DNA of 64,000 bases from Polyangiaceae bacterium (GCA_033763455.1 JANRKO010000016.1:1-64000); one strand, 5' to 3'; positions 17,857-28,045 are shown, counted from the stretch's first letter. The notes: generated by a model not told the origin, from the sequence alone. Translations and numbers: made by a program.

Positions 17857-17871
17857 ATGCAAAACAGGTAT
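17857..17871. promoter_or_regulatory. LysR-type binding site (T-N11-A)
   Basis: ATGC-AAAACAG-GTAT between the divergent lysR and map genes. Confidence 0.5.
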
Positions 17872-17907
17872 TGGACGCGCCCTCTTTGCAGTGGCCAGAC
17901 TCAGCGC

Positions 17908-18684
17908 GTGTCCATTTACATTCACTCGGGTCTCGAACGGCAGGCTCTTCGCAGGGCAGGACGTGTGGCTGCGGCCACGTTAGCGGCCATCGGTGAACGT
18001 ATCGCTCCAGGCATCACCACGGCCCAGATCGACGAGTGGGTGCGACAGCACACAGAAGACCAAGGGGCTCGCCCCAGCCAGCTCGGGTACCATGGCTTTC
18101 CCGCCGCGACCTGCACCAGCCGCAACCAAGTTGTGTGCCACGGCATTCCAAAAGCGCACGAAGTGCTCTGCGAAGGCGATATCATCAACGTTGACATCAC
18201 CTCCAACATAGGCGGCTTTCACGGCGACACCTCGGCCACATTTTTCGTGGGCCAACCCAGCGCAGGCGCCCGCAAGCTCGTGCACGCAACTCGGCGGAGT
18301 TTGGAGGCGGGCATCGAACAAGTGTCGCCGCGGGCACGGTTGGGCGACATCGGCGCGGCCATCGAAGAGGTGGCCAAGGCGGCTGGGTTTTCTGTCGTCA
18401 CCAGTTTCGGCGGGCATGGCATCGGAAAGCAGATGCACATGCCGCCCCATGTTAACCATGTGGGCAAACGAGGACGCGGGCTGCGGCTTGTGGTCGGCAT
18501 GGCGTTCACCATCGAACCCATGCTCAACGAGGGCAGTCCTGAAGTGGAGGTGCTGGAAGATGGCTGGACCGTCGTCACGAAAGACGGCGGCCTATCGGCC
18601 CAGTTCGAGCACACCGTGCTGGTGACCGAAGCGGGCTGTGAGGTGCTGACGGCTACTTCGTGCGGAACCCCGACGCCCGGCTGA
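17908..18684 (+). CDS. map: Type I methionine aminopeptidase
   Basis: Metal-ligand motifs VCHGIP, NVDIT, HGDTS, GHGIG, TIEPM and AQFEHT. Confidence 0.95.
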   Translation: MSIYIHSGLERQALRRAGRVAAATLAAIGERIAPGITTAQIDEWVRQHTEDQGARPSQLGYHGFPAATCTSRNQVVCHGIPKAHEVLCEGDIINVDITSNIGGFHGDTSATFFVGQPSAGARKLVHATRRSLEAGIEQVSPRARLGDIGAAIEEVAKAAGFSVVTSFGGHGIGKQMHMPPHVNHVGKRGRGLRLVVGMAFTIEPMLNEGSPEVEVLEDGWTVVTKDGGLSAQFEHTVLVTEAGCEVLTATSCGTPTPG

Positions 18685-18737
18685 GGGATTCGAAGAAGTG
18701 GCGTGCGCCGGTAAGTTCGCCGGTATGCTTTGCTTCC

Positions 18738-19526
18738 GTGCCTGCCATCGACGTTCGCCACCGACCTTGGCCGTTGCCACAAGGCCCTTGGATAGGCCGT
18801 CAATCGTGGTGTGACCTCCTGTTTGCGCACTGGCCCATTGCGGCGAGCGTACTTCGGCCTTTGGTTCCCAAAGCGCTCGAGATCCAAGAATTTGCGGGGA
18901 CCTCTTGGGTGGGCCTGGTCCCGTTCCGTATGCAGGGCGTGATGTTGCGCGGCTTGCCGGATGTGCCGGGCATCTCCGCATTCCCAGAACTCAATGTTCG
19001 CTTGTATGTGGAGCACAAGGGAAAGCCGGGGGTTTGGTTTTTGAGCCTTGATGCGAGTAGCAAGCTGGCCGTTTGGGGGGCGCGAAAGTTCTTCCACCTG
19101 CCGTATTTTCACGCGGATATGTCGCTAACACGGGAGGGTGAACGCATCAGCTATCGCTCCGTCCGAAAGGCTAATGTGGCGTACCAAGAGACTCGCTCAG
19201 CTGAATCCGCACCACTGCTCTCGATGACCCACGCGCCAACCTTTGTAGGCGACTATACCCCCACGAGCAGTGTCTACTCTTCTAAACCGGGCAGCCTTGA
19301 ACACTGGTTAACGGAGCGCTACTGCTTGTACGCTGAGGCTCCCGATGGCAGCCTCCGCTGCACTGACGTTCACCACGCGCCCTGGCCGCTTCAAAAAGCC
19401 GAGCTTCAGTTGACGCGAAACTCAATGTTTGAGGGCCATGGAATCAGTTTGCCTGGAACCCCGGAGTTGCTGCATTTCTCCCGACGAATTGACGTCATTT
19501 TCTGGCCCCCAAGCCCAGCCCGATGA
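18738..19526 (+). CDS. DUF2071/YqjF family protein
   Basis: QSWCDLLFAHW, FPELNVRLYV, GVWFLSLDA and WLTERYCLY. Confidence 0.9.
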   Translation: MPAIDVRHRPWPLPQGPWIGRQSWCDLLFAHWPIAASVLRPLVPKALEIQEFAGTSWVGLVPFRMQGVMLRGLPDVPGISAFPELNVRLYVEHKGKPGVWFLSLDASSKLAVWGARKFFHLPYFHADMSLTREGERISYRSVRKANVAYQETRSAESAPLLSMTHAPTFVGDYTPTSSVYSSKPGSLEHWLTERYCLYAEAPDGSLRCTDVHHAPWPLQKAELQLTRNSMFEGHGISLPGTPELLHFSRRIDVIFWPPSPAR

Positions 19527-19576
19527 GCTAGCCAGAGTCCTCCGTGAGCACTCGCCTTCCTCCGCGAGCCCCCAAC

Positions 19577-20122
19577 TCACGCCGCTTCACTCCGCGCCAT
19601 CACCTGCATTTCGAGCGACACCGCTGCCGCCATGATCGTGGCCGCGATCCGCACGGCATCATGCACCATATCTTCGGTGAGGTTCGCTTCAAGCACCACT
19701 TTCTCATGGGATGCGAGGCACGTTTCGCACCCATTGATGGCACTCACGGCCAAACACATGAGTTCAAAATCCGCCTTTGTGGTGGCTGGCCGCGCCATGC
19801 GATTCATGCGCAAACGTGCGGGCTTTTCACTGTAGCTGGCCTTGCCGATTAAGTGCCTAAAGCGATAGTAAACGTTATTCATGGCCATGAGTGAGGCCGC
19901 GGCCATGGCGTCGTCCACTACTTCGGGCGTGGTGCGTGCTTGCGCAGCTTCCAGAATCGCCTCCTGAAGCACCGGATTTCGTGCCGCGATTGCAGAAGCC
20001 ACCGCTACCCCCCAACGCTGAGCTTCACTCAACGTGGAGGGTTGTTCGAGCACACTTTGGAGATTGAGCTTCGTATCTTTGGCGGCCTCGGGTAAGGCCA
20101 ACCGGATTTGTTCGAGGTTCAT
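19577..20122 (-). CDS. ahpD: Alkyl hydroperoxide reductase AhpD
   Basis: MAMNNVYYRF and VSAINGCETCLASH. Confidence 0.95.
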   Translation of the reverse strand: MNLEQIRLALPEAAKDTKLNLQSVLEQPSTLSEAQRWGVAVASAIAARNPVLQEAILEAAQARTTPEVVDDAMAAASLMAMNNVYYRFRHLIGKASYSEKPARLRMNRMARPATTKADFELMCLAVSAINGCETCLASHEKVVLEANLTEDMVHDAVRIAATIMAAAVSLEMQVMARSEAA

Positions 20123-20125
20123 GGC

Positions 20126-20665
20126 TTAAGCTGCCTCCAAGGTAGGCTGCCCTTTTTGCCAGTTGCACGGGCACAGTTCATCGGTCTGCAAAGCATCGAG
20201 CACACGCAAAGCTTCCCCAACGTTGCGGCCTACGTTCATATCGTTCACATTCACGTGCCGAATCACGCCTTGCGGGTCAACAATGAAGGTGGCTCGGAGC
20301 GGTACGCCGTCTTCCTTGTGCAGCACTCCGAGCGCCACCGAGAGCTCTCGCTTAGTGTCGGCCAACATGGGGAAGGGCAGGTCCTTCAAGTCTGGGTGGT
20401 TCTTGCGCCACGCCAGGTGCACAAATTGAGTGTCTGTGCTGACGCCCAGGATCTGCGCGTCCCGATCCGTGAAGTCGGTATTCCTCCTGCCAAACTCGGC
20501 AATCTCGGTCGGGCAGATGAAGGTGAAGTCCATCGGCCAGAAGAAGAACACGCGCCATTTGCCGGCGTGGGTCTCTTCACTGATGGTCTGGAACTCCTTT
20601 CCGTGCTCCAAGCTCACGGCAGCGTGCAGTTTGAACGCGGGGATTGTGTCGCCTACTGTTAACAT
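20126..20665 (-). CDS. ahpC: Peroxiredoxin AhpC
   Basis: FFWPMDFTFICPTEI and DELCPCNW. Confidence 0.95.
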   Translation of the reverse strand: MLTVGDTIPAFKLHAAVSLEHGKEFQTISEETHAGKWRVFFFWPMDFTFICPTEIAEFGRRNTDFTDRDAQILGVSTDTQFVHLAWRKNHPDLKDLPFPMLADTKRELSVALGVLHKEDGVPLRATFIVDPQGVIRHVNVNDMNVGRNVGEALRVLDALQTDELCPCNWQKGQPTLEAA

Positions 20666-20772
20666 GTTGTTTTTACTCCTATTTTTACTTCTGTGCCAGC
20701 TGCCGGCTGGCCCGGGGAGCGGCTCTCAACCACTCACAGGCCCAGTCTGGGGCCTCCCCAGTGATTGGTCCA

Positions 20773-20809
20773 AGACATCGTTTCTATCGATATGATAGCT
20801 TTTACCTAT
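20773..20809. promoter_or_regulatory. OxyR binding site
   Basis: CTAT-N7-ATAG-N7-CTAT at 20784-20809, matching three of the four tetrads of the OxyR consensus. Confidence 0.7.
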
Positions 20810-20810
20810 C

Positions 20811-21734
20811 GTGAAGAGCGCCCCACTGCCGTTCAGCCTGCGCCAACTGCAGTACGCTCTCGCAGTTCGGCGCACCCGCAGCTTCCGGCGCGCAGCGCTC
20901 GAATGTGGGGTCTCCCAGCCCTCCCTGAGTGCCCAGTTGGCCGAGCTCGAAGCCGGGCTCGGCATCCAGCTATTTGAGCGCAACCGCAAGCGCGTAATGG
21001 AAACCGTTCCCGGCTCTGTGCTGCTCGGGCGCGCAGAGCAGGTGTTACTCAAAGCGCAGGACTTGGTCGACAGTGCTCACGAAAACCTCGACCCACTGGC
21101 ACGTCAGCTCAGGCTCGGCGTTATCCCGACCGTGGGGCCCTATCTTTTGGCGGATCTGGATCCGGCGCTGCGCCACGCTTTTCCGCGCTTGGATCTGCGC
21201 TGGACGGAAGACAAGACAGAAGTATTGGTAGCTCGCGTGCAACGCGGGGAGCTCGACGGTGCACTCTTGGCGCTTGAAGCAAATCTGGAAGATCTCCAAC
21301 ACTCTTTCGTTGGAAAAGATCCGTTCGTCCTGGCCATATCTCCAGAACATCCGCTTGCGAGCGGCAAGCGCTCTGTAGCGCTTGAAGAGCTTCACAACGA
21401 GCGAATGTTGTTACTCGACGATGGTCACTGTTTTCGCGACCAAGCCCTAGCATTCTGCACCCAAGCTGGCACCCGCGAGCTCGGCTTCCGCGCTACCAGC
21501 CTTGCAACGCTCGCTCAAATGACGGCCGGCGGTGCCGCCCTCACGCTGCTACCCAAGATCTCGCTCAATGTGGAAAACCGGAGGGGCACGTTGGTAATTC
21601 GCCAACTCCGGGAGCCCGTTCCCGCTCGCACTATTGTGCTCGCGTGGCGAAAGGGTTCTTCACTGCACCTAGCGCTCACTCGTGTAGCCTCTGAGATGCG
21701 CCGAACGTTTGCGGATTTGCCGGAGCTTGCTTAA
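20811..21734 (+). CDS. oxyR: OxyR-like LysR regulator
   Basis: LysR HTH; redox Cys pair in DDGHCFRDQALAFC; divergent from ahpCD. Confidence 0.9.
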   Translation: MKSAPLPFSLRQLQYALAVRRTRSFRRAALECGVSQPSLSAQLAELEAGLGIQLFERNRKRVMETVPGSVLLGRAEQVLLKAQDLVDSAHENLDPLARQLRLGVIPTVGPYLLADLDPALRHAFPRLDLRWTEDKTEVLVARVQRGELDGALLALEANLEDLQHSFVGKDPFVLAISPEHPLASGKRSVALEELHNERMLLLDDGHCFRDQALAFCTQAGTRELGFRATSLATLAQMTAGGAALTLLPKISLNVENRRGTLVIRQLREPVPARTIVLAWRKGSSLHLALTRVASEMRRTFADLPELA

Positions 21735-21950
21735 AGCGTCTCTTCTTCGCTCGGTGTAGCACACTTGGCTAACATCGCTTCGGAGAGATCTTGGAGATTT
21801 GACCGTACCTTCTCACAACGTGCAGCGGAGGAAGTGGTGCCCAAACCTCGCCTCGACCCTACCGTACGCACGCCGTCCCAGGCTCCGGGCGACTAGGTGG
21901 AGCTACTCGCGAATCCTGACGACAGACCGCGGAGCACATCCCAGCACGCC

Positions 21951-22010
21951 GACGTCCGCGAGTTCGTCGGTCTCAGGCGCTCTCAGGTACACGCCGTCGA
22001 GGGCGAGCAC
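21951..22010 (-). mobile_element. Tiny remnant of an IS91-like (HUH) transposase
   Basis: Reads VLALDGVYLRAPETDELADV, resembling the sequence just after the HUH motif of IS91-family transposases. Confidence 0.35.
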
Positions 22011-22035
22011 GGTGCCGAACGGCTACTCGCAGACT

Positions 22036-22950
22036 CTAAGCTTCCTTGATGCCCTGAGCGTGCGAGACGCTCGGTATGGCCAGGATTTTTCCCACCCACC
22101 ATAGCCCTGCCGTGGCAACAAAGACGCCTGCCGCCGCGAATACCCAATGAACTTCGCCCGTGGCACCCACGAGGCCAGGGATGCCGCCAACGAGACCTGC
22201 CAGCGTCCAACACCCATTGTAGATTGCGTGCAAAAAGAAGCAGGGCCACAGGGAGCCGCTCCCGAGGCGTACCCAACCGAGCACAAGCCCTAGGCCAAGA
22301 GCCACCGGAAACTGCCAAGGATTTGCGTGAACAAGTGCAAAGCCAAGCGCGGACAGCAGCACCGCATTCTGAGGCATGTAGCGACGTATGAAGCCGCTGA
22401 ACACGAAGCCGCGAAAGATCGACTCTTCGACAATCGGAGCAATCAACACCGCCGAAACGGCGATCACGGTGGGGTCGGTTCCAATGGCTTGCTTGATGAC
22501 CTCTTCGACCCACTTGGGGATCGGGATGACGGATTCAACTGCTCCACCTATGAATCCGAGGACCGGTGCCAGTCCGATCGCGGTAGCCGTCAGTGCTGGA
22601 AGTAACGTAGGCTTAAATGGCTTCAGGGGAAGGATGTCCACCCATGGGCGTTTAGCCCACCTCCGCGCGATACGGAGCATGATAACGGCCGTCAGTACCT
22701 CGGAAATGACGATGCTCCATCTCGCCGTCGGCGAGTGCCCATAAGCAAAGCTGCAAGCTGCCATCAGGAGGCCACCGACGATGACGTCTATCAATACGAA
22801 GAGCCACATTTGCCAGAAGCTAGGCACGTTGAGGTTAACGCTAGAGGTGCTATCGGGCTGCGCCCGGAGCCCCCTGGCTTGCGGCGAACGCCCCACATGC
22901 GCTTGCGTTTCTGGATTCAAAGGGATGCCTCCATATACCACGCGGCCCAT
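22036..22950 (-). CDS. CPBP (CAAX/Abi) intramembrane metalloprotease
   Basis: EESIFRG, FALVH and HAIYN motifs. Confidence 0.9.
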   Translation of the reverse strand: MGRVVYGGIPLNPETQAHVGRSPQARGLRAQPDSTSSVNLNVPSFWQMWLFVLIDVIVGGLLMAACSFAYGHSPTARWSIVISEVLTAVIMLRIARRWAKRPWVDILPLKPFKPTLLPALTATAIGLAPVLGFIGGAVESVIPIPKWVEEVIKQAIGTDPTVIAVSAVLIAPIVEESIFRGFVFSGFIRRYMPQNAVLLSALGFALVHANPWQFPVALGLGLVLGWVRLGSGSLWPCFFLHAIYNGCWTLAGLVGGIPGLVGATGEVHWVFAAAGVFVATAGLWWVGKILAIPSVSHAQGIKEA

Positions 22951-23013
22951 GCAACCACCACGGGCGCTGTTGACCGCGATGATCGCCTGCCCCTGAAAGA
23001 CAACTTCTGAGCC

Positions 23014-24609
23014 CTATCTCGAACGCCCCTGGACCCCCTGAACACGCTTCGCCAAGATAGCTCGCCGCACAGCTGCCAAGGGAGCCCTATCATCAAACAC
23101 AACCTGGCGCCTCTTTAAGCTCACGCCTAGCTTTCCAAAAAGCTCCTGCAAGTCCGGGCTTTCTGGCGCAAGCGCAAGCTTCTGATAAAGCTCCTTCAAC
23201 ACCGACACACCGGTGGCTTCATCGCCCACGGCGAGCACCTGTTCGATGGGCCAGATAACGCCCACGTTGCCGCCCTTGGCCACAATGGCGCGCAAAGCGT
23301 CGCCGAGGGACGCGCGGTTCTGGGTGCGTTCACGGATCTGGACGTCGGCTAACAGGCAAAAGAGCGCTCCTCCCCAATAGGTGCGGCCCCAGCTGGGCGT
23401 GCGGTTGAGCCCCAAATCGCCGGCCCGCGGGAGCCCAAGCCGCATACGCCGCAGCCATTCTTCCCAAACCTGCTCTTCGCTTAGCAGCCCCGCCTGAGCG
23501 CGTGCCACAGGTTCCAGGTACGTAGCGAGCCCCTCCTCTAACCAACGGTGCTTGGGCGTCAGCTCGGGTAGCGCCGTATGGATCATCTCGTGGATCATAA
23601 CCCAATCGTCCTGCAAATCGCTTGCTGTCGCGTTCTTACCCACGTCAATTCGGATGGCTGCACCCGACATTCCCATAGTGGATCCAAACCCAACCTTATT
23701 GCCGACGATACCGCGTACGATCACCAGTACTTTTGGGATCGGCGGCTGCCCGTAGAAGGCCCGCACCACTTGAGCACTTTTATCCACCCAAGCTAACACC
23801 TCTTCCTGCTGCGCAAAGCTTTCCCCCACCAAGGCAACCTCCAAGCTCGGGTGAAGTTGCACGTGTACAGGGGCGCCAAACACCGTATACGGAAGATCTA
23901 GAACTTCCGCTGTACGAAGGTCCGATACTCCCGTTGCGTAGGTTTCGCCGGGGGCTGGTTGCACATTGAGCGCGATAGGGATCCCAGGTTTTGCCGCCAA
24001 AGGTCGCAAAAGCCACGTTGATACGGGCGCCTGAATCGCCGGCCCCAGAACCTCTGCACTGCCGCGTTCGTTGAGCACTTCAGCCGCACGTCTTAGCGCG
24101 AAGGAATACCGTACCTCGCATCCCATAGCACACGGCGGCAACTCCCATTCGCCGCCCTTTGGAGACACGAACACGGCTCCTTCGCTGAGACCGAGGACCT
24201 CCACGTTTTCAGTAAAAGCTTCCCCGCCGTCTACGACGCCGAAGGTTGTGTTCGTTCCTGGAGGAAATTCGCCGCGGATTTCTAGCGACTTCGACCCCGG
24301 TGTAACCACCACGTCATAGCGCCAGCCTGCGTTTGCTGTGTTTGCCGTGCTTGCTGTGCTTGCTGTGTTTGCTGTGTTTGCTGTGCTTGCTCTTGAACGC
24401 ACCGCCTGCACATGGGCCTTCTTCGGGTGCCGCTCAGGCCTAGACTCAGGCCCAGAAGGAGGTGCCGCGCTGCCTGTACGGGTCTCTCTGGGTGCACAAC
24501 TGCAAATCGTCGCGACACCCGACAGCAATGCCACACACATGTACAACCACCCGCCGCCCCGCGACGCCGGATCTGTTGCCCTTTTTGAGCGCGGCACAGA
24601 ACTGAGCAT
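23014..24609 (-). CDS. Secreted or lipid-anchored gluzincin metallopeptidase (M61/M1-like)
   Basis: HEMIH...WLEEGLATY and RTYWGGALF. Start placed at ATG 24609. Confidence 0.8.
   Translation of the reverse strand: MLSSVPRSKRATDPASRGGGWLYMCVALLSGVATICSCAPRETRTGSAAPPSGPESRPERHPKKAHVQAVRSRASTANTANTASTASTANTANAGWRYDVVVTPGSKSLEIRGEFPPGTNTTFGVVDGGEAFTENVEVLGLSEGAVFVSPKGGEWELPPCAMGCEVRYSFALRRAAEVLNERGSAEVLGPAIQAPVSTWLLRPLAAKPGIPIALNVQPAPGETYATGVSDLRTAEVLDLPYTVFGAPVHVQLHPSLEVALVGESFAQQEEVLAWVDKSAQVVRAFYGQPPIPKVLVIVRGIVGNKVGFGSTMGMSGAAIRIDVGKNATASDLQDDWVMIHEMIHTALPELTPKHRWLEEGLATYLEPVARAQAGLLSEEQVWEEWLRRMRLGLPRAGDLGLNRTPSWGRTYWGGALFCLLADVQIRERTQNRASLGDALRAIVAKGGNVGVIWPIEQVLAVGDEATGVSVLKELYQKLALAPESPDLQELFGKLGVSLKRRQVVFDDRAPLAAVRRAILAKRVQGVQGRSR
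24331..24391. repeat. 9-bp in-frame tandem repeat (about 6.8 copies) encoding an ANT/AST linker
   Basis: Units of G(T/C)TTGC(T/C)GT. Confidence 0.9.
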
Positions 24610-24708
24610 AGCGGCAAGAGTGCTTCGGCCCCGCCAAAAGCGCCACGCCGCCGAGGAAAACGCCCCGGCTTGAGTCGCGAGAGCCAACTCGCCTACACCG
24701 ACCGCATC

Positions 24709-27700
24709 ATGTTGCCCAGGCTCAACCCAGAGCGCCGTGTACCCCAGCACTACCAGGCCTTCCTTGCCGATCTTCGAGCGAGTGGATTCAGCGGTGAGAT
24801 CTCCACGGACTACGCCACCCGCCTCACCGCAGCGACGGATAATAGCGTTTACCAGGTGCTGCCCATTGCGGTGGTATTTCCCAAAGATCGCCCCGACGTT
24901 GAGCGACTGTTGAAGCTCGCACATCAAGAAAAGCACCGCGCCGTAAAAGTAAGCCCGCGCGGCGGCGGCACGGGAACCAACGGCCAATCCTTGTGCGATG
25001 GCGTGATTGTCGATCTCTCGCGCCACTTGGCTAACATCTTAGAGCTTGATCTCAATAATGGCTGGGTGCGCGTGCAGCCCGGCGTGGTGCTGGATCAGCT
25101 CAATACCTTCTTGGCGCCCCACGGAGTGTTCTTCGCGCCCAATCTCTCGCCTTCCAATCGTGCCACGCTGGGCGGCATGGTGAGCACCGATGCGAGCGGC
25201 AAAGGTTCGCGCATTTACGGTAAAACAAGCGACCACGTGCTCGGGCTTGAGCTCATCCTCACCGACGGCAGCTTGCTTCAAACGCGACCACTGAACGCAA
25301 AAGAGCTTGCAGAAGCTTGTGAGGCGCCCGGGCTCGCAGGCGAGATTTACCGCGAAGTTCGCGGCGTTATTGAGAAAAATCGCGATCGCATTGCCACCGC
25401 TTTGCCTAACCTAAAACGTTTTCTTACAGGCTATGATCTCGCGCACTGCGAACGCGCTGACGGCCTCTTCGATCTTTCGCGGGTGATTTGCGGCTCCGAA
25501 GGCACCCTCGGCATTCTAACCGAAGCCACGCTGAAGCTCACGAAGCTGCCAAAACACAAGCAACTGTTTGCCATTCGATACTCTGATTTCGATGCAGCGC
25601 TGCGTGCAGCTAATCTGTTAGTGCGTAGCAATCCCGGCGCGATCGAAACCATCGACGACACCATCGTAACGTTAGCCAAGGGGGACACCATCTGGCACTC
25701 GGTTGCCCACCTGTTGAATGATTCGGGTGAGCCCCCATTGCGCGCCGTCAACCTAGTGGAATTTGAATCCGACGATCCCAATGTAGTGAGCGAAAAGGTC
25801 CGCGAGCTTTCCCAGGCGCTCGATCGCGAACTGGGGCAGCCAGGAAAAGCGACAGGCTATACAGTTGCCGACAAGAAGCCGGACATCGCGGCACTCTGGA
25901 CACTGCGCAAGAAGGGCGTAGGCCTGCTCGGCAATGCCAAAGGTGAGCGCCGCCCGGTTCCGTTCGTGGAAGACACGGCCGTACCCCCTGAGCATCTAGC
26001 GGATTATATTCAGGAATTTCGCGCACTGCTCGATCGACACGGCCTCTTCTACGGCATGTTTGGTCATGTAGACGTGGGGTGCTTGCACGTGCGGCCTGCG
26101 CTCAACATGCGCGATGAAGCTGATGAGGCGCTCTTGCATCAGTTGAGCGACGACGTGGTCGCGCTCGTTAAAAAGTATGGGGGTGTTTTGTGGGGGGAAC
26201 ATGGGCGAGGTTATCGGAGCTCATACACACCTTCCTTCTTTGGTCCGGAGCTTTACGAAGAACTGCGCCGCGTGAAGGGCGCCTTTGATCCGCACAACCA
26301 ATTGAACCCAGGCAAGCTCGCGACTCCCATCACGAGCCTGGATGAGCTGGTGAGCTTGAAAGCCACCAAGCGCGGCACCTTTGATCGGCAGATCCTGCCG
26401 CAGGTCCGCCAAGAATACGCAGTGGCGGTTCACTGCAACGGGAATGGCGCATGTTTTGATTGGAGCCCCGATTCGGTGATGTGCCCTTCTTCAAAGGTCA
26501 CGCGAGATAGGATCCACTCGCCCAAAGGGCGCGCCGGAATCCTACGCGAATGGCTGCGCCTCACCACACTCGAAGGCCACAACGTGAGCGCCACTGCGGA
26601 GACCCCGACGCTCGCGTTCGTGAATGGCAGAGCCGCCGATCCAGCTGATTTCTCGCACGAAGTGTACGATGCCATGAACGGCTGCCTCGCGTGCAAGGCT
26701 TGTGCAACCCAGTGCCCCATCAAGGTAGATGTGCCGAACCTGCGCGCTCAATTCCTTGAACAATACCACACGCGCTATCGCCGCCCGCTCAAGGATTACT
26801 TCGTAGCAATGCTTGAAGCCGTGCTCGGCTGGCTCGTTCTTTGGCCCAAGCTTTCCAACTGCTTGCTCAGCCTAAGCTGGGCCAAGAGCATTCTCCGTTG
26901 GGTGGGCATTGTAGATACGCCGCTGCTCGCTGAGGCCACGCTTTCGGCAGGGCTGCGCGAGCGCAGTGCTCCCACGTTTGACTTGGATCAACTCTCACGC
27001 CTGAGCCCCGAGGAGAAGGCACGCACCGTGTGCATCGCGCAAGACGCCTTCACTACTTACTACGAACCCGGCGTAACGCTGGCCGCCTATGATTTGCTGA
27101 CGCGCCTTGGCCGGCGCGTGGTGGTGCTGCCGTTTGTCGCTAATGGTAAGGCCCTACACGTAAAGGGCTTCCTCGGTTGGTTCCGTGCGGTGGCCGCCAA
27201 AGGTGCGGCTTTCTACTCACAGGTTTCCGCGCTGGGGATCCCGATTGTAGGGATTGAGCCCGCCGTAACACTCACTTATCGTGACGAATATCCGCACGCT
27301 TTGGGCCAGAATTCGCCGCCTTTCGGCGTCTTATTGCTCCAAGAATACCTATCTTCCCAGCTGCCAGAGATGTTGAGCGCCCTCGGTGATCGTGCCCCCA
27401 AGCTCAGCGCTCAGTATCGCCTCTTCGGGCACTGCACCGAGCGCACCGCGGAACCGAAATCCCAGAGCCGTTGGGCAGAAGTCTTCCAGGCTTTCGGCTC
27501 TGCACTCACCTTGGAAGGCACCGGCTGCTGCGGCATGTGCGGTGTGTATGGCCACGAAGCTGAACACGTCAAGGAATCGCGCGGAGTGTTTGAAATGAGC
27601 TGGGAACCCAAGCTCCCGAAAACCGCCGAGCTACAATCACAAGTTTTAGCAACGGGGCACTCTTGCCGCAGCCAAGTGAAGCGATTCTCAGGCTTCGTCC

Positions 27701-27741
27701 CACGGCACCCAGTGGAAGTTTTGGCCGAGGCAGTGCGTTAA
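24709..27741 (+). CDS. ydiJ: FAD- and Fe-S-binding oxidoreductase (YdiJ / D-2-hydroxyglutarate dehydrogenase-like)
   Basis: PRGGGTGTNGQS, GSEGTLG, GEHG, CNGNGAC, CLACKACATQCP and CCGM. Confidence 0.85.
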   Translation: MLPRLNPERRVPQHYQAFLADLRASGFSGEISTDYATRLTAATDNSVYQVLPIAVVFPKDRPDVERLLKLAHQEKHRAVKVSPRGGGTGTNGQSLCDGVIVDLSRHLANILELDLNNGWVRVQPGVVLDQLNTFLAPHGVFFAPNLSPSNRATLGGMVSTDASGKGSRIYGKTSDHVLGLELILTDGSLLQTRPLNAKELAEACEAPGLAGEIYREVRGVIEKNRDRIATALPNLKRFLTGYDLAHCERADGLFDLSRVICGSEGTLGILTEATLKLTKLPKHKQLFAIRYSDFDAALRAANLLVRSNPGAIETIDDTIVTLAKGDTIWHSVAHLLNDSGEPPLRAVNLVEFESDDPNVVSEKVRELSQALDRELGQPGKATGYTVADKKPDIAALWTLRKKGVGLLGNAKGERRPVPFVEDTAVPPEHLADYIQEFRALLDRHGLFYGMFGHVDVGCLHVRPALNMRDEADEALLHQLSDDVVALVKKYGGVLWGEHGRGYRSSYTPSFFGPELYEELRRVKGAFDPHNQLNPGKLATPITSLDELVSLKATKRGTFDRQILPQVRQEYAVAVHCNGNGACFDWSPDSVMCPSSKVTRDRIHSPKGRAGILREWLRLTTLEGHNVSATAETPTLAFVNGRAADPADFSHEVYDAMNGCLACKACATQCPIKVDVPNLRAQFLEQYHTRYRRPLKDYFVAMLEAVLGWLVLWPKLSNCLLSLSWAKSILRWVGIVDTPLLAEATLSAGLRERSAPTFDLDQLSRLSPEEKARTVCIAQDAFTTYYEPGVTLAAYDLLTRLGRRVVVLPFVANGKALHVKGFLGWFRAVAAKGAAFYSQVSALGIPIVGIEPAVTLTYRDEYPHALGQNSPPFGVLLLQEYLSSQLPEMLSALGDRAPKLSAQYRLFGHCTERTAEPKSQSRWAEVFQAFGSALTLEGTGCCGMCGVYGHEAEHVKESRGVFEMSWEPKLPKTAELQSQVLATGHSCRSQVKRFSGFVPRHPVEVLAEAVR

Positions 27742-27789
27742 ACGCGAGGCTTTCGCCGCTTCCTTTCCTCATTCGTGGAAAGCACGTTC

Positions 27790-28045
27790 CAATTTCGGAA
27801 GGCGATGACTGAGAAAGACTTCATCGCCTTCATGCAAGCTATTCACAAGAAGCTTGGCCGAATCAAAAGCACCCATCGGGAGAACTTCGCAATTAGCATT
27901 TAATACCAACGTTTCGGTTGTTCTCATTTACAAAACTCGCTTCGCCGAAGGAGAAGCCACGGAAGCGTTCACCTATGAGATAAAAGGGCAAGGTGCGGAT
28001 CTATTTGGGTACAATATCAATTCTCCGACGCTGGTACTTAAGTAG
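27790..28045 (+). pseudogene. DUF4019-like fragment
   Basis: FRKAMTEKDFIAFMQAIHKKLG (frameshift) ...LIYKTRFAEGEATEAFTY...GYNINS; no start codon. Confidence 0.5.

Noticed and set aside
24610..25026. N-terminal extension of the peptidase ORF
   Set aside because: Antisense overlap with ydiJ; the signal-like sequence begins near 24609.
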